A stretch of 62,612 nt of DNA, filler included, from Nemertoderma westbladi (Eukaryota; Animalia; Xenacoelomorpha), in the NCBI GenBank assembly GCA_032718475.1. It is 3 parts of 3 records of this genome, joined end to end, with 100 filler letters (N's around TTAATTAATTAA, not from the genome) between each part and the next. Parts side by side here need not be neighbours in the genome. Positions count along the whole stretch, not along the records: positions 1 to 17,617 come from JAUCBJ010006930.1; positions 17,718 to 47,086 come from JAUCBJ010004043.1; 1 more part is not named here. One strand, given 5' to 3'. Below, piece by piece: positions 12,778-23,610 of this stretch (the first letter of the stretch is position 1; every line of letters starts with the position of its first letter). A model generated the notes under the pieces. The model did not search any database and was not told where the DNA came from. It was given only the letters and a program-made list of their open reading frames with translations. The position numbers were made by a program, and so were the translations under genes.

Positions 12778-14553
12778 TTAGTCTTTCTTGCGCGGACGGC
12801 GTTTACGCAGTTTTTTAAAGCTAGCAAGAGTCATTTTCTCTTTGGGGCGAGCCACTTTACGAGGAGGGCTGTAGCTCCTAGGCGAAGGGTGCAATATAAT
12901 TGCATCAGAAGGTGCAGGGTTACGATCGGTATACCCGCCGGTCGAAGTACCTGGTTGATTAATATCAACCTCAGTGGAGTGAGGTCTAACGGCCTTTAGA
13001 GCGCGTCTTAGGACAGCAGCTCCTACGGGTCCTTGACGGATCGTCTGGACACTAGCGGTGGGTGGACCGTGAGTGGTGAGGAACTTTCTCGGTTTAATGG
13101 TTCTCTCCAGCTCGCGTTCTCGGGTTCGATATTCATATGGGCGCCGAGATACTTCCTGGAGTTCAGGATGCGAGTTCACGAAAATGTCGCCATACTCAGG
13201 GTCCTGACGGATAAAATTGATCAGGTGATATGTGGTTATATCATTGGGGTTAACGTTTCTAAGGTATTTCCTGACAAACTTGGTGGAAATACACTCACCA
13301 ACACGCTTTATTAACTCGTAACTTGGTACGCGTGTTTTCTGTTCAATCGACGCGAATAGGTAAGGATGGAACGCGTAAACTCCCTCGTAAGCTCGTCCAG
13401 GGTAATAGCGATGTCTGGATTCGCAATGTAAATCTGCGTTCGCTTCCCAAGCTCGGATGTATCGCAGGGTGATCATCTCGTCTACGCTCTCTAAATCGCG
13501 ATTAAAGGGACAATTGTAACTTTCGTGTCCTTTAAGTTGGCAGTAGTGACATTGAGTCATAAATTGTGGGCAGACGGCAAATATATGAGAGTTATTAAGC
13601 CGGCAATAAGCACAATATATTTCCATCATCGGTTGTTCGAGGAAATAGGAACAAGGTACGCTCGAGTCTAGAGGAGTGAAGTGGTCTCTCGATGCGCATA
13701 ATCGACAACGTTTTCGGGAAACGTAGTTGGCGTGTCGATAATCGTACGCTGTGAGACGCTGTGGACCTTGATACCACTCTATGACATAATCATTGTCACT
13801 GCTCCGAGAAGCCGTAGGTTGAATCGCTTCTGATTCCAAGCATACTGGTTCATCCTCCAGCTGCATAGACGAAGTGGGTGCGTCGGTTTCCGTAAGTGGA
13901 CCCACTGTCTGTATTTCCACGACAGAATAACCTGTAGATATTCGGGGTCTTTGTATAACGGATGAATGTAGGTTCTGTATACAAACGTCTTGAAAGACGG
14001 CAAATCCAGCGCTACTCAGTTTCTCCGCAGCTGAGTCTCTAAGACTGAGCTTGGTCAGCGCGCGATCCTTGAACTGACTATCGACGTTACGGAACGGAGT
14101 CAGAAAGCGCCGGAAACATTCGAAACGTATGAACTTATTGTGTTCGTCTAACTTGGCAAGTTTAGTTCCAAGTATTAACGGGTGAGCGCGTATGGTACGA
14201 CTGCACACATCGGCTAGCCAACCGGCAAGTGCTGCGTTTTCAAAGATCGTGTATATAGCTAAGGAAGGGCGAAGGGGAACACTCATAAAGCTATATACGG
14301 CACCAGGCGCAGTTAATGGTCCATCAAAATATAAACGAGAGTAATGATCTCCATATACTTGCTGGTAATTTATAGGATTTCCAACTTTGAAATTCCAACC
14401 ATATTCTTGAAAGGCAAGATGTCCGATGGATGTCCGTTGTACTTTAGTAATGCCGCTGGGTGTATTGGCATACATAGTGCGAAAGAAACCTCGGCCTTCG
14501 GCCCAAGGAGCAATCAGCTGAGTATCAACGAAAGGGTATGGAATGTTCTCCAT
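12778..14553 (-). CDS. Extra ORF copy B (C-terminal 591 aa): exonuclease-like C-half, three CCHC zinc fingers and basic NLS-like tail
   Basis: Uninterrupted 591-aa frame. Shares blocks with copy A (IPYPFVDTQ, FQEYGWNFK, GPLTAP.AVYSFMSV, FECFRRFLTPF, RYIR.WE..ADL). Fingers are CRLC..H..C, CAYC..H..CP and CHYC..H..CP; the protein ends KKLRKRRPRKKD. The true N-terminus is separated by foreign DNA. Confidence 0.8.
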   Translation of the reverse strand: MENIPYPFVDTQLIAPWAEGRGFFRTMYANTPSGITKVQRTSIGHLAFQEYGWNFKVGNPINYQQVYGDHYSRLYFDGPLTAPGAVYSFMSVPLRPSLAIYTIFENAALAGWLADVCSRTIRAHPLILGTKLAKLDEHNKFIRFECFRRFLTPFRNVDSQFKDRALTKLSLRDSAAEKLSSAGFAVFQDVCIQNLHSSVIQRPRISTGYSVVEIQTVGPLTETDAPTSSMQLEDEPVCLESEAIQPTASRSSDNDYVIEWYQGPQRLTAYDYRHANYVSRKRCRLCASRDHFTPLDSSVPCSYFLEQPMMEIYCAYCRLNNSHIFAVCPQFMTQCHYCQLKGHESYNCPFNRDLESVDEMITLRYIRAWEANADLHCESRHRYYPGRAYEGVYAFHPYLFASIEQKTRVPSYELIKRVGECISTKFVRKYLRNVNPNDITTYHLINFIRQDPEYGDIFVNSHPELQEVSRRPYEYRTRERELERTIKPRKFLTTHGPPTASVQTIRQGPVGAAVLRRALKAVRPHSTEVDINQPGTSTGGYTDRNPAPSDAIILHPSPRSYSPPRKVARPKEKMTLASFKKLRKRRPRKKD

Positions 14554-14555
14554 GT

Positions 14556-15330
14556 TCCCATTGTATGCCTAATATGTTCTCCGACAGCGATGGTAGAGCA
14601 GAGGAAAAACTATTTCGCACTCTGAAATATTCAGAAATAAGATCTCAGTAGGAGGATTGTAACATTCGAGTACTATCCCCAACCGAATTTATCCCCCAGT
14701 GTGATGAGGTAAACACCAGTTCAAAGATATGTTTGCCTCAGTTGTTCTACATAAGATTTATATCCCCAATCATTAAGGGAGGTGAACAACCAGATTTATG
14801 ACACATAATGGTACCAGTTGTTCACAAACTATCCGCGTGTCCTTTCAGTCCTTGTTTCACGGTTGTGGACTTGAGGAAATTAGGAAGTGGTTGATTATCT
14901 AATCAAGAACGAGAGGGTGGAAGTTGATATCATAAATATCAACAGAATATGACATGGACAGGAGGTGCGGACACCAATATTAGCATCCAGATGAACAGTA
15001 AGGGATGGGAGGTTTAGTATTCGTTTCCCGAAGCTCCGAGCACGTTGGGAAGAGAAGGTGGGATGAAATATGTCGTATCTTTAGTAACAACATATAAGAG
15101 GGTAAGAGGAGTAGAGAAGAGGGAGGATATACGATAGTATCCATAAGATACCACAATGGATGTGTTTTCCGTCACATCATCATTCATTCCTGCCTTTTAA
15201 TTGTGACACTGATCACAATAATTACAGGAAAACGATGAAGGAAGAGAAAGTTACAGCCTCCCGAAGGAGACCGCCCGCGAGCACCCGTGCCCCGGGGAAA
15301 ACTATTCACATTATGGACCCTGGACATTAA
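14556..15330 (+). mobile_element. Decayed insertion, possibly an LTR-retrotransposon integrase remnant, replacing the middle of ORF copy B
   Basis: SDGRAEEKLFRTLK resembles the integrase SNGxAERxxRTLK motif; homology to copy A is lost across this interval. Confidence 0.35.
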
Positions 15331-15401
15331 CCCATGTCTCTTCTCCAGTGGTTCTCCTTTATTTGTCCGCATCAACCTTCTTCCACGTTCTATCCTTCGA
15401 G

Positions 15402-15767
15402 TTAATTTCGAATAGGGTTCTCGTGTTCTATTCTCGATTTATCGTTTCGACTCCGCTGGGCATGATATTTAAATAAAACCATTTCCCTTTCGGTGTCTAC
15501 ATCGTCCGTATCGTGTAAATCAATAGGATGACCAGTGGTCAAGAAGTCCATATACGTACCATTACGATGAGTGTAGCGAGCAGTGAACTTTCTATAATCC
15601 AATTCACGCGTAAGTTGCTCCTGGGACATTGGCGGTTCGATATAACGACCATCGTCCTCCGTAGTAGTTGGATCAGCGTCGCCGCGTATCAAGCTATCGA
15701 CAAATGCTTGTAAAGGTAGAGTATATCTCTCCCTGATACCAAGATCATCTTCTATTAATTCAGTCAT
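15402..15767 (-). pseudogene. N-terminal fragment of extra ORF copy B
   Basis: EREMVLFKYHAQRSRNDKSRIEHENPIRN aligns with copy A QDMEMWRYHVQRQREDTAQMDKEDTIRD (9056..9457). Confidence 0.65.
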
Positions 15768-16363
15768 ATCTGCTATACAAGTTCACCAATATTATAATGA
15801 GTTTATATATCGTTAGGCGAGCGGGCGTCGCTGCCTATTTCTCCCTTGCCCCCGGACAGTAGGAGATTCTCAGCGCCGATGTACCGCTGTAGCTGTACTT
15901 TCGCCAACGACGTAGCCGTACAACGACAACGATAACCGGCACAAGTCACTCCACTGTCCGTCCCAAAGGCTTAGATGTACTTCAGGTATTCCTTGGAGAG
16001 TTAGGTTATTTTCACGATTGCGACTAGCTACTGTAAACACACTTTAGCAGTAACATTCACCTATAAACTCACAAATACCACACAACTGGTCACAACTACG
16101 CACATTCGGGCCATTTGTCCGTTAGTCAATGCCTTCCAGAATGTCACTGTATTATTATGTATCCTTGGATACTAGTAGTGCGCTATTTATTCCCTATGCT
16201 ATTCAATGGGACAAGCTTTCTATTGTTCTTTTAACTCAATTCTAATTCTAGCGTGGTTGTTGCTATGGTGACATTATGTAAAGCTAGCGAGTAGTAATGG
16301 TTTACCCTATTTCGGCGACAGTTTGGTCCCACTTCACACCTTGGGTGTTAAGTAGGTCATTAA

Positions 16364-16470
16364 TTAATCAACCAATTAATTAATTGGTCGATTAAACAAT
16401 TAATTAATTGTTTAATCAATCGATTTGTATCAAATAATGTTGCCAAAGGCAATTTAATTTGATACAAATC
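16364..16470. repeat. Cluster of three adjacent palindromes/hairpins
   Basis: TTAATCAACCAATTAATTAATTGGTCGATTAA; perfect GATTAAACAATTAATTAATTGTTTAATC; GATTTGTATCAAAT...ATTTGATACAAATC. Confidence 0.85.
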
Positions 16471-17039
16471 AATCAGATAGGGACGCGAGATGAATAAATT
16501 GTACTATAACAAACGAAATATACAATACAATAGGCACTGTGTGGCCCAGTTTGACCCCGGCTCACTCCCTCAATAATCTATGGCTGCTCGGGCTCTTATT
16601 AGCCGTAGCAAGATTAATCCCCTCGAATCCTATACTGTACGTCAATGCGTGAATGGGACCTGCTACAGAGTTTAAATTATTCAAACCCACAGCTTCGTTA
16701 TTATGCCAATTCGTCCGAGAAATTAGAATAAACATCTGCTCTTGCAATAGTTTGCATTCTTTCATATTGTACTTTATGAAGCGGTTTACGCATGCATTAG
16801 CTCAACAACAAAGCCATCGCCAAAACACCACATGTCAAACTAATTCCCAACCATCTCTTTACCACAGTGGATACTGCAGTTTTTTGTTTGAAGTAATTTC
16901 AGAGATGCTCTAGCGTAACATTAATTAACATACCCAGTCTGACGCAGCAGCCCATTCATTACACACACTTTTCTCCGACGCACTCCCCCGCTTCTCAATT
17001 CATCCCATTTCCCAACCTAACTAATGTTTTACATTTAAT

Positions 17040-17530
17040 TAACCCAATGAAATGTGTTTATTATTCCCACAATCCAATAGCGCGTCTCTCTCTCTCTCTT
17101 TTTATTTCTATTGGTTCCCACAAGCTTCACTTTTATTTTCATTGGTTATCCTTTCCCTTATAAACCCCCACCCTTCGCTTTGAACTTTACTTACAAAAAT
17201 ATTATTGACAATTTTACTTTTTATTTAAAGTTATAATACATTTATTGTTATTCATAATATTATATTTTCTTCAAGATTGTTATACGTAACACATTTATTA
17301 TTATAAATAATATATTGTTGCAAACATCAACGTGATTTGATTTTCCTTCTTATTATTCCTAATCGAGCAATTTTCTTTTTCCAATACCACGAATCAATCT
17401 GCAGGTAAGAACAATAAATTTGTATTTTTATGAATTCGTTTAGTTTTAACATTATTACCTCAAAATAAAAAGCAACCCCGCGAAACCTTCCCAAAACTTA
17501 TTATTATTATTTAGTTTTTTTATTTTATAG
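17040..17530 (+). promoter_or_regulatory. Putative promoter (CCAAT boxes, TATAAA ~17159) and 5' UTR intron (17405-17530)
   Basis: Several CCAAT/ATTGG boxes and a TATAAA; CAG|GTAAGA donor and T-rich TAG acceptor lie 5 nt before an ATG. Confidence 0.5.
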
Positions 17531-17535
17531 CAAAC

Positions 17536-17617
17536 ATGCCTAGATTTTCATTATTCGTTGACTGCCCCGTCTGCAATAAGAACATGCGTAGCGATCATCT
17601 CAACAAACATCTCGGAT
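17536..17617 (+). CDS. Start of a zinc-finger protein (CPVCNKNMRSDHLNKH), cut off by the contig end; probably transposon-encoded
   Basis: ATG follows a splice acceptor; C-x2-C...MRSD.L..H finger; the frame is open to the gap. Confidence 0.55.
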
Positions 17618-17717
17618 NNNNNNNNNNNNNNNNNNNNNNNNNNNNNNNNNNNNNNNNNNNNTTAATTAATTAANNNNNNNNNNNNNNNNNNNNNNNNNNN
17701 NNNNNNNNNNNNNNNNN
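17618..17717. other. Artificial contig linker
   Basis: 44 N, then TTAATTAATTAA (stops in all six frames), then 44 N. Confidence 0.98.
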
Positions 17718-18170
17718 ATTGCTACCCGTCTCCTAAGCTCGCACACCTTCGTGGCTCGCCCCACAGTGTTAGTCAATTTAACGGGTGCTTGTCAGTTCTG
17801 TCACTGGCCCTGTGTTACCGGATAGTGACTCTACAGTAGTATTTTTAAGACCCTTAAAATAGTTCTTAAAATTACTAGAATCACTATTTCCTGTCGCCAT
17901 ATCAGCAATATGGCATTTTGAAACCAGCTGATGGCGTTGCTAGGTACCCAGTTTAAAACCAAGTCCATTGGCTTGGTATTGCTTTATACTGTTATAGACA
18001 TTGTTATCAAAGGATTTTCATGAAATTTAGTACACACTCCAGCCATCGTGTGTCTCATGTCGGACCCCACGATACGGTACTGAAGTAGCAGAGCTGCAGA
18101 GTGTAGGCTTCAGGGTTTTACAGCTTTACTATGTAAGAAAACTTGGAAGTACAGAACTACCAGTAATAGC

Positions 18171-19898
18171 GGGTGTAAACGTTAAGCCACTGCAGACACT
18201 GGTTGGTGCAGATGCTGGTGCAGACAGTGGTGCAGACAGTGGTGCATAGACAGTGGTGCAGGCACTGGTGAAGATACTGGTGCAGACAGTGGTCCAGACA
18301 CTGGTGCAGACAGTGGTGCAGACAGTGATGCAGACACCTGGTGCAGACAGTGGTGCAGACAGTGATGCAGAAAGTGGTGCAGACACCTGGGTGCAGACAG
18401 TGGTGCAGAGACTGGTGCAGACAGTGGTGTAGACACTGGTGCAGACACTGGTATGCAGCAGACACTCGTGCAGATACTGGTGCAGACAGTGGGGCAGACA
18501 GTAAAGGAGCAGGTTTAGTAAAGGAGCAGGTTAGTAAAGGAGCAGTATTGGGGGAACCAAATCAATAAACGTTATTGTTTTGAGGTCTAAGAATACCCAA
18601 CCCACGGGCTAAGAATACTCGCGGGCTAAGAATACTCGCGGGCTAAGAATTCCTGAGACCTTTCTGTAGTTAGTGAATGTATATCCCCAGCATGAGACAA
18701 TAACTTAATTAGCTCGTTTTATTATAATAAGCAGTGGCTCCAGTAAAGGGAAACAAATTAAACATACTCTGTATAAAGTATAGTGAATTAATGAATTAAT
18801 GATTTCAAGAAAAATACTCAGTCGACTGTCTGACATTTTGTCGACGAATTAAAAGGGATTAAAATTAGGGAATTAAATAAATTAGTGTATGTTAATGGAG
18901 GAGGCCATTGTTAATGACTTTGGTTGAATGGGGTATAAGTAAGAAGAAAAACGGATAGCCTTATACTAATTTCCAAATTCAGTGCAGGGTGCGGGAACTA
19001 ATGACTCGATCGCACTAACATCTCACTTGCAGACAAGGTCCTCGGGCACTAATGACTCGCGGACACTAACGTCTCACTTGCAGACATGCTTCCCGGGCAC
19101 TAACGTCTCGCGGGCACTAACAACCCCCAATCTTCAATAGTTACTCGCATATTTGTAGATAATAAAGTCTATGATAAAATATAATATAATACTGTAGTGC
19201 CTGGTGGTATTCTGTTTTGTGGTACTCGGGTATTTCAATATTTTCACCGGGTGTCTGCACCAGTGTCGGCACCACTGTCTGCACCAGTGTCTGCACCACT
19301 GTCTGCACCACTGTCTTCACCACTGTCTGCACCACTGTCTGTACCACTGTCTGCACCACTGTCTGCACCAGTGTCTACACCACTGTCTGCACCATTACCT
19401 ACACCAGTGTCTGCACCACTGTCTGCACCAGTGTCGGCACCACTGTCTGCACCACTGTCTTCACCACTATCTGCACCACTGTCTGCACCACTGTCTGCAC
19501 CACTGTCTGCACCAGTGTCGGCACCACTGTCTGCTCCAGTGTCTGCACCACTGTCTGCACCACTGTCTTCACCACTGTCTGCACCACTGTCTGCACCACT
19601 GTCTGCACCAGTGTCTACACCATTACCTACACCAGTGTCTGCACCACTGTCTGCACCACTGTCTGCACCACTGTCTGAACCACTGTCTGCACCAGTGTCT
19701 GCACAACTGTCTGTACCAGTGTCTGCACCACTGTTTGCACCAGTGTCTGCACCTCTGTCTGCACCACTGTTTGCACCAGTGTCTGCACCACTGTCTGCAC
19801 CAGTGTCTGCACCTCTGTCTGCACCACTGTCTGCACCAGGTGCCTGCACCACTGTCTACACCACTGTCTACACCACTGTCTGCTTAACGTTTACACCC
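18171..19898. mobile_element. Non-autonomous Foldback/MULE-like element with 9-bp TSD
   Basis: Perfect 17-bp TIR GGGTGTAAACGTTAAGC / GCTTAACGTTTACACCC. Inverted arrays of a 12-bp unit (TGGTGCAGACAG) lie at ~18190-18500 and ~19250-19882. TSD AGTAATAGC lies at 18162-18170 and 19899-19907. Confidence 0.92.
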
Positions 19899-20062
19899 AG
19901 TAATAGCAGAGAGGAGAGCTCTGCTGACAAGCGGGTTCATGGAGTATGGAGTTCAGTTCAGATTGCTGAATGGATGATTTTGATCCATGGATCCGAGATG
20001 AATTTGAATTTCACTTGTTTCAGTATCGGGTCTAGGCCTACTATACAGTATGTACCATACGA

Positions 20063-20500
20063 ATTAACCCTTCTGCCCTTGGAATTATTAACCCTCGGAG
20101 TACTAGGCTCTTTTTCACTTACGCCAACAACGCCTGGGGGGGGGGTCATCATGACCCCCCCACCGCCCACCCCCCCCCCCCCTGATAAAAACGTTTCTTT
20201 CCATGGTGGTCAAACTTATAAAGAATGTGTTTTTCGGGGTATTTTGGTGTGCTGATTCTAATAACGATGTTAAAAAGTTACTTTTCGTATCGCCAATGCC
20301 GTAATTTTGAAAAATTTCTTAGTGAAAAATAAAAAAAAAATCAACCTTAACTTCCCTATTATTATAATATCAATTACGCTTATTGCACTTTTCAAAATGT
20401 TTTGATACATTATAGTCCTAATGCAAATATAACTTTGTTTTTGAATTTTTCCAAAAAAAATTTGAAAATGTTGTGAAAAAAATTTTCAAAAATTTAAATA
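20063..20500 (+). mobile_element. piggyBac-like MITE fragment
   Basis: Starts with TTAA-CCCT and contains the GGGGGGTCA..ATGACCCCC hairpin shared with the element at 55356-56914. Confidence 0.4.
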
Positions 20501-20689
20501 ACAGCTGATTACTCTCAAAAATAAAACTGTAACCTGTTCTATTGTGTTTAGTTTATTGTTTTGGTTAAAATAACGTGCCACTGTAACCTGCTCCTTTCCC
20601 TAAATTGAGAATTTAACATTGAGGCGGGATATTAATTCGCCAAGATAGGATTTTCGTCCAGTCCCCCCCCCCCCCCCCCCCCTGACTCC
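20500..20689 (+). mobile_element. Partial copy of the MULE-like MITE seen at 34945-35209
   Basis: Near-identical to 35029-35205, ending in GTCCAGT followed by poly(C). Confidence 0.8.
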
Positions 20690-20804
20690 CATTTTTAAGT
20701 CCGCGTAACGAGACCTCTAGTAATCACTACGGTACGTTTTTTGTTGTTGTTGTTGATTTCCACTTTGCTTTTGCTCACTTAGTAACGTAGGGCGATTTTG
20801 CTCC

Positions 20805-20880
20805 AGCCCTAGCGCAGTTGTATAGCCCTGGTCGCGGAATTCAAGGTTACCGGGTTCAATCCCACACTCAGATGTTACGT
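20805..20880 (+). mobile_element. tRNA-derived SINE head
   Basis: A-box TAGCGCAGTTG and B-box GGGTTCAATCCC; no proper cloverleaf. Confidence 0.55.
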
Positions 20881-21761
20881 TTTTTCGAATAAAATATTTG
20901 GGTTTTGTAAAATTGTAAAAAGCCATTCAAGGAGTAACCAGTTCATTCGTGGTCCTGGTTTTCACTTTTTGGTAGATATATTTTATTGGAATTTTATATG
21001 TGCATAATTTATTATTAAGTGTTAAGTGTTTTCTTAAAACCTATGCAAAACCAGTGTTTTTAGTGAAAACTAGGTATCTTCAAATGGGGGTTACTCATTA
21101 CCGATAAAAAACCCCGCCACCGTAACCAACTGATTTCCCTTATACAGTATAATGTTTTAAATTAAATTAAATTAACCTTTCCAACCCACTAGTCTTAAGA
21201 ATGGTGATAGCGGTCAATTGCGCCATTAGCTCCATAAGGGATACAAAGCTATTTTATATTCATGTAAATTTACATCAACGAATAATAAATACAGTATGTA
21301 GTTATCATTATTTTGTTATAAATCAGAACCTCAAATTCGGGGAAATCTCAATTCACTCAGACCGAATAGCGACTCTTAAAGGTACAGTAGTTAGATTAAA
21401 AGGGAGCAAATCATATTGATAATAATATAATGATATGAAGAATGGAATAAGAGTTGAAAATATCTGTAAGGGGTCTTAGAACAAATGTATATTTGAATAT
21501 TTCATTGTAATTTTTCTGTTTTCAGACTACAGGGCAGGCCTTCATCAAACAAATCAGGGTGTAACTTTAACTTTTCTGTAGATGATAAGCCTGTATTATG
21601 TTTGATAAAGGCCCATAGTCTGAAATATTACATTGAACGTTACGCGTCAATGATCTTTCATTTCAACTCATATTATTAATATTTGAATTATTCCTTCCCT
21701 TCAGTGCTTCAGTCCTTTGATCTGTGCTGCTGTTGGGGTTGATAGTTAATAGTATTCGCGC

Positions 21762-23165
21762 ATGGATTCTGTTAGCTACGGACGTGATACCGGTACCGAT
21801 GTTTTACATGATGAAAGTATGGAATTTGAGATTACCGCCTCAATTTCGAGCGATGATGACACTGTCAGCTTAATGTCGGACGACCCATTACTGAAGGCGA
21901 TTCATACTGCGAACACGGAGCGCCGGAAACCGGCGCACCTTCGTAACCTGCTCGCATTCTGGTTCCTGGGATTATGCAACAATTACCCGTACGTTGTAAT
22001 GCTGTCAGCTGCAAACGATATCCTAACTGACACCGTTCCGCAGGTTATTATAACGAACAGCACAGCTGCATCCAACGGTACTACGACTACATTCAGCTAC
22101 AACGAAGACGTAAATACCGTCGATAAACTAATATGTAACCCAATGTCTGCCGGGGTTATTCTCTTAGCTGATGTTCTACCTGGACTCCTCATGAAATATA
22201 TTTCTCCTACATTTATTTACAGGATTAGCTATAGATCTCGAGTGATTCTCTTTGTGGTTGGATCTACAGCTAGTTTCATAGTGGTTGCCATGAGCGCAAA
22301 AGTCGGTTTATGGCTGGCCGTTTTTGGAGTAGTTCTGGGTAGTATTGGCGCTGGTCTTGGGGAGATAACCTACCTATCGCTGACATCGTTCTACGATAAG
22401 GGAGTAGTGGGTTCGTGGTCTAGTGGCACTGGGATGGCGGGGGTCGCAGGTGCGTTGATCTACGCAGGTCTACGAGATGTCGGGTTGTCTGAGGAAACCG
22501 CCCTTCTTGTTAATATAGTCTTCCCTGCGTTGCACGCTGTCTCTTATTTCGTTCTGCTTACAAAACCGAGTGTTAATCTTAATGAATCTCATTCAGGTTG
22601 TATAGATAAAGATACCGAAATACTTGAAGTTAAAAAAATCGTTTCTATTGATTTATCATTGAATGATAAACTCAGAGTTACTCGCTCGATGCTCAAGTTA
22701 TTTATACCTCTAATAATTGTCTACTACGCTGAGTACAGCATCAACCAGGGCCTAGCCGAACTCATGTACTTCTCTGGAATCTTCCTCACTATCCCCGCTC
22801 AGTATCGATGGTATCAGGTTATCTACCAGATCGGGGTTTTCGTCTCGCGTTCATCCGTTGGTATATTCCACGTTCGTGGAACTTGGATCTTCGCGGTGCT
22901 CCAAGTCATCAACCTCGTGCTCTTACTCTTCAACGCGATGTACCGCTTCATCCCCAGCATATGGATTGTGTTCGCAGTAATATTCTACGAAGGTCTCCTT
23001 GGAGGGTTCGCTTACGTTAATACCTTCTATCGTATCAGCAACGAGGTTGACCAGTCTCTAAAGGAGTTCGCTATGGGAATCACTTCATTGTCTGACTCAA
23101 CAGGCATAGCAATCAGTGGCTTTACATCCATTCCATTACACAACTGGTTATGTAAAACATTTTAA
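21762..23165 (+). CDS. CLN3: Battenin (CLN3), no coding introns
   Basis: 467-aa multi-TM ORF with FWFLGLCNNYPYVVMLSAANDIL, LLADVLP, GLGEITYL, WSSGTGMAG, VYYAEYSINQG, YQIGVFVSRSS and YEGLLGGFAYVNTF. Splice-acceptor-like sites lie upstream at ~21524 and ~21704. Confidence 0.96.
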   Translation: MDSVSYGRDTGTDVLHDESMEFEITASISSDDDTVSLMSDDPLLKAIHTANTERRKPAHLRNLLAFWFLGLCNNYPYVVMLSAANDILTDTVPQVIITNSTAASNGTTTTFSYNEDVNTVDKLICNPMSAGVILLADVLPGLLMKYISPTFIYRISYRSRVILFVVGSTASFIVVAMSAKVGLWLAVFGVVLGSIGAGLGEITYLSLTSFYDKGVVGSWSSGTGMAGVAGALIYAGLRDVGLSEETALLVNIVFPALHAVSYFVLLTKPSVNLNESHSGCIDKDTEILEVKKIVSIDLSLNDKLRVTRSMLKLFIPLIIVYYAEYSINQGLAELMYFSGIFLTIPAQYRWYQVIYQIGVFVSRSSVGIFHVRGTWIFAVLQVINLVLLLFNAMYRFIPSIWIVFAVIFYEGLLGGFAYVNTFYRISNEVDQSLKEFAMGITSLSDSTGIAISGFTSIPLHNWLCKTF

Positions 23166-23610
23166 TACCTTGATGAGTTTAATTCATTCCCGCCGCTTGC
23201 GAATTAGTGTTAATCGCATATTTGTCCTAAATTAATTTCCACATAATTATTATTTATTGTAGTAACTATTTATTGTAATAACCAAATAGTGCTGCTCCTA
23301 TAAAGTTACTCAAATTGGTTGTAACTGAGTCTATTTTACTAAAATATCCCACAATGTTAATAATGACGTAATTTTATATTTTCACTACAAACATAATATT
23401 GGATTGGTTAGGTATATATTTTCATTTTCATTGTTAAATATTAATTATTATTACTCTTTATTAAACAGTGAATTATTTAATAAACTCCTTCGTAACCAAA
23501 GATAATAATCCCAATAGCTTCTTTTGTTTCTTATCGAATATGTGTACGAGAGAATACTTGAGTACTTGAACCGAACCAGGGAACGCACGCTTTAGCGACT
23601 CGGTAATCGA

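Noticed and set aside
16650-16880. Env-like transmembrane C-terminus on the minus strand (LGISLTCGVLAMALLLS)
   Set aside because: Short, contains a stop and has no supporting ectodomain; cannot be assigned.
17662-17673. TTAATTAATTAA as a biological site
   Set aside because: An identical N44-flanked spacer occurs at 47131; it is a concatenation artefact.
18129-20255. ORFs of SAPL, CLHH, GADS and VQTV repeats as real proteins
   Set aside because: They are translations of the 12-bp Foldback subrepeat, open in many frames.
921-23165. CLN3 tandem gene cluster
   Set aside because: The two homologs are on different contigs separated by an artificial linker.
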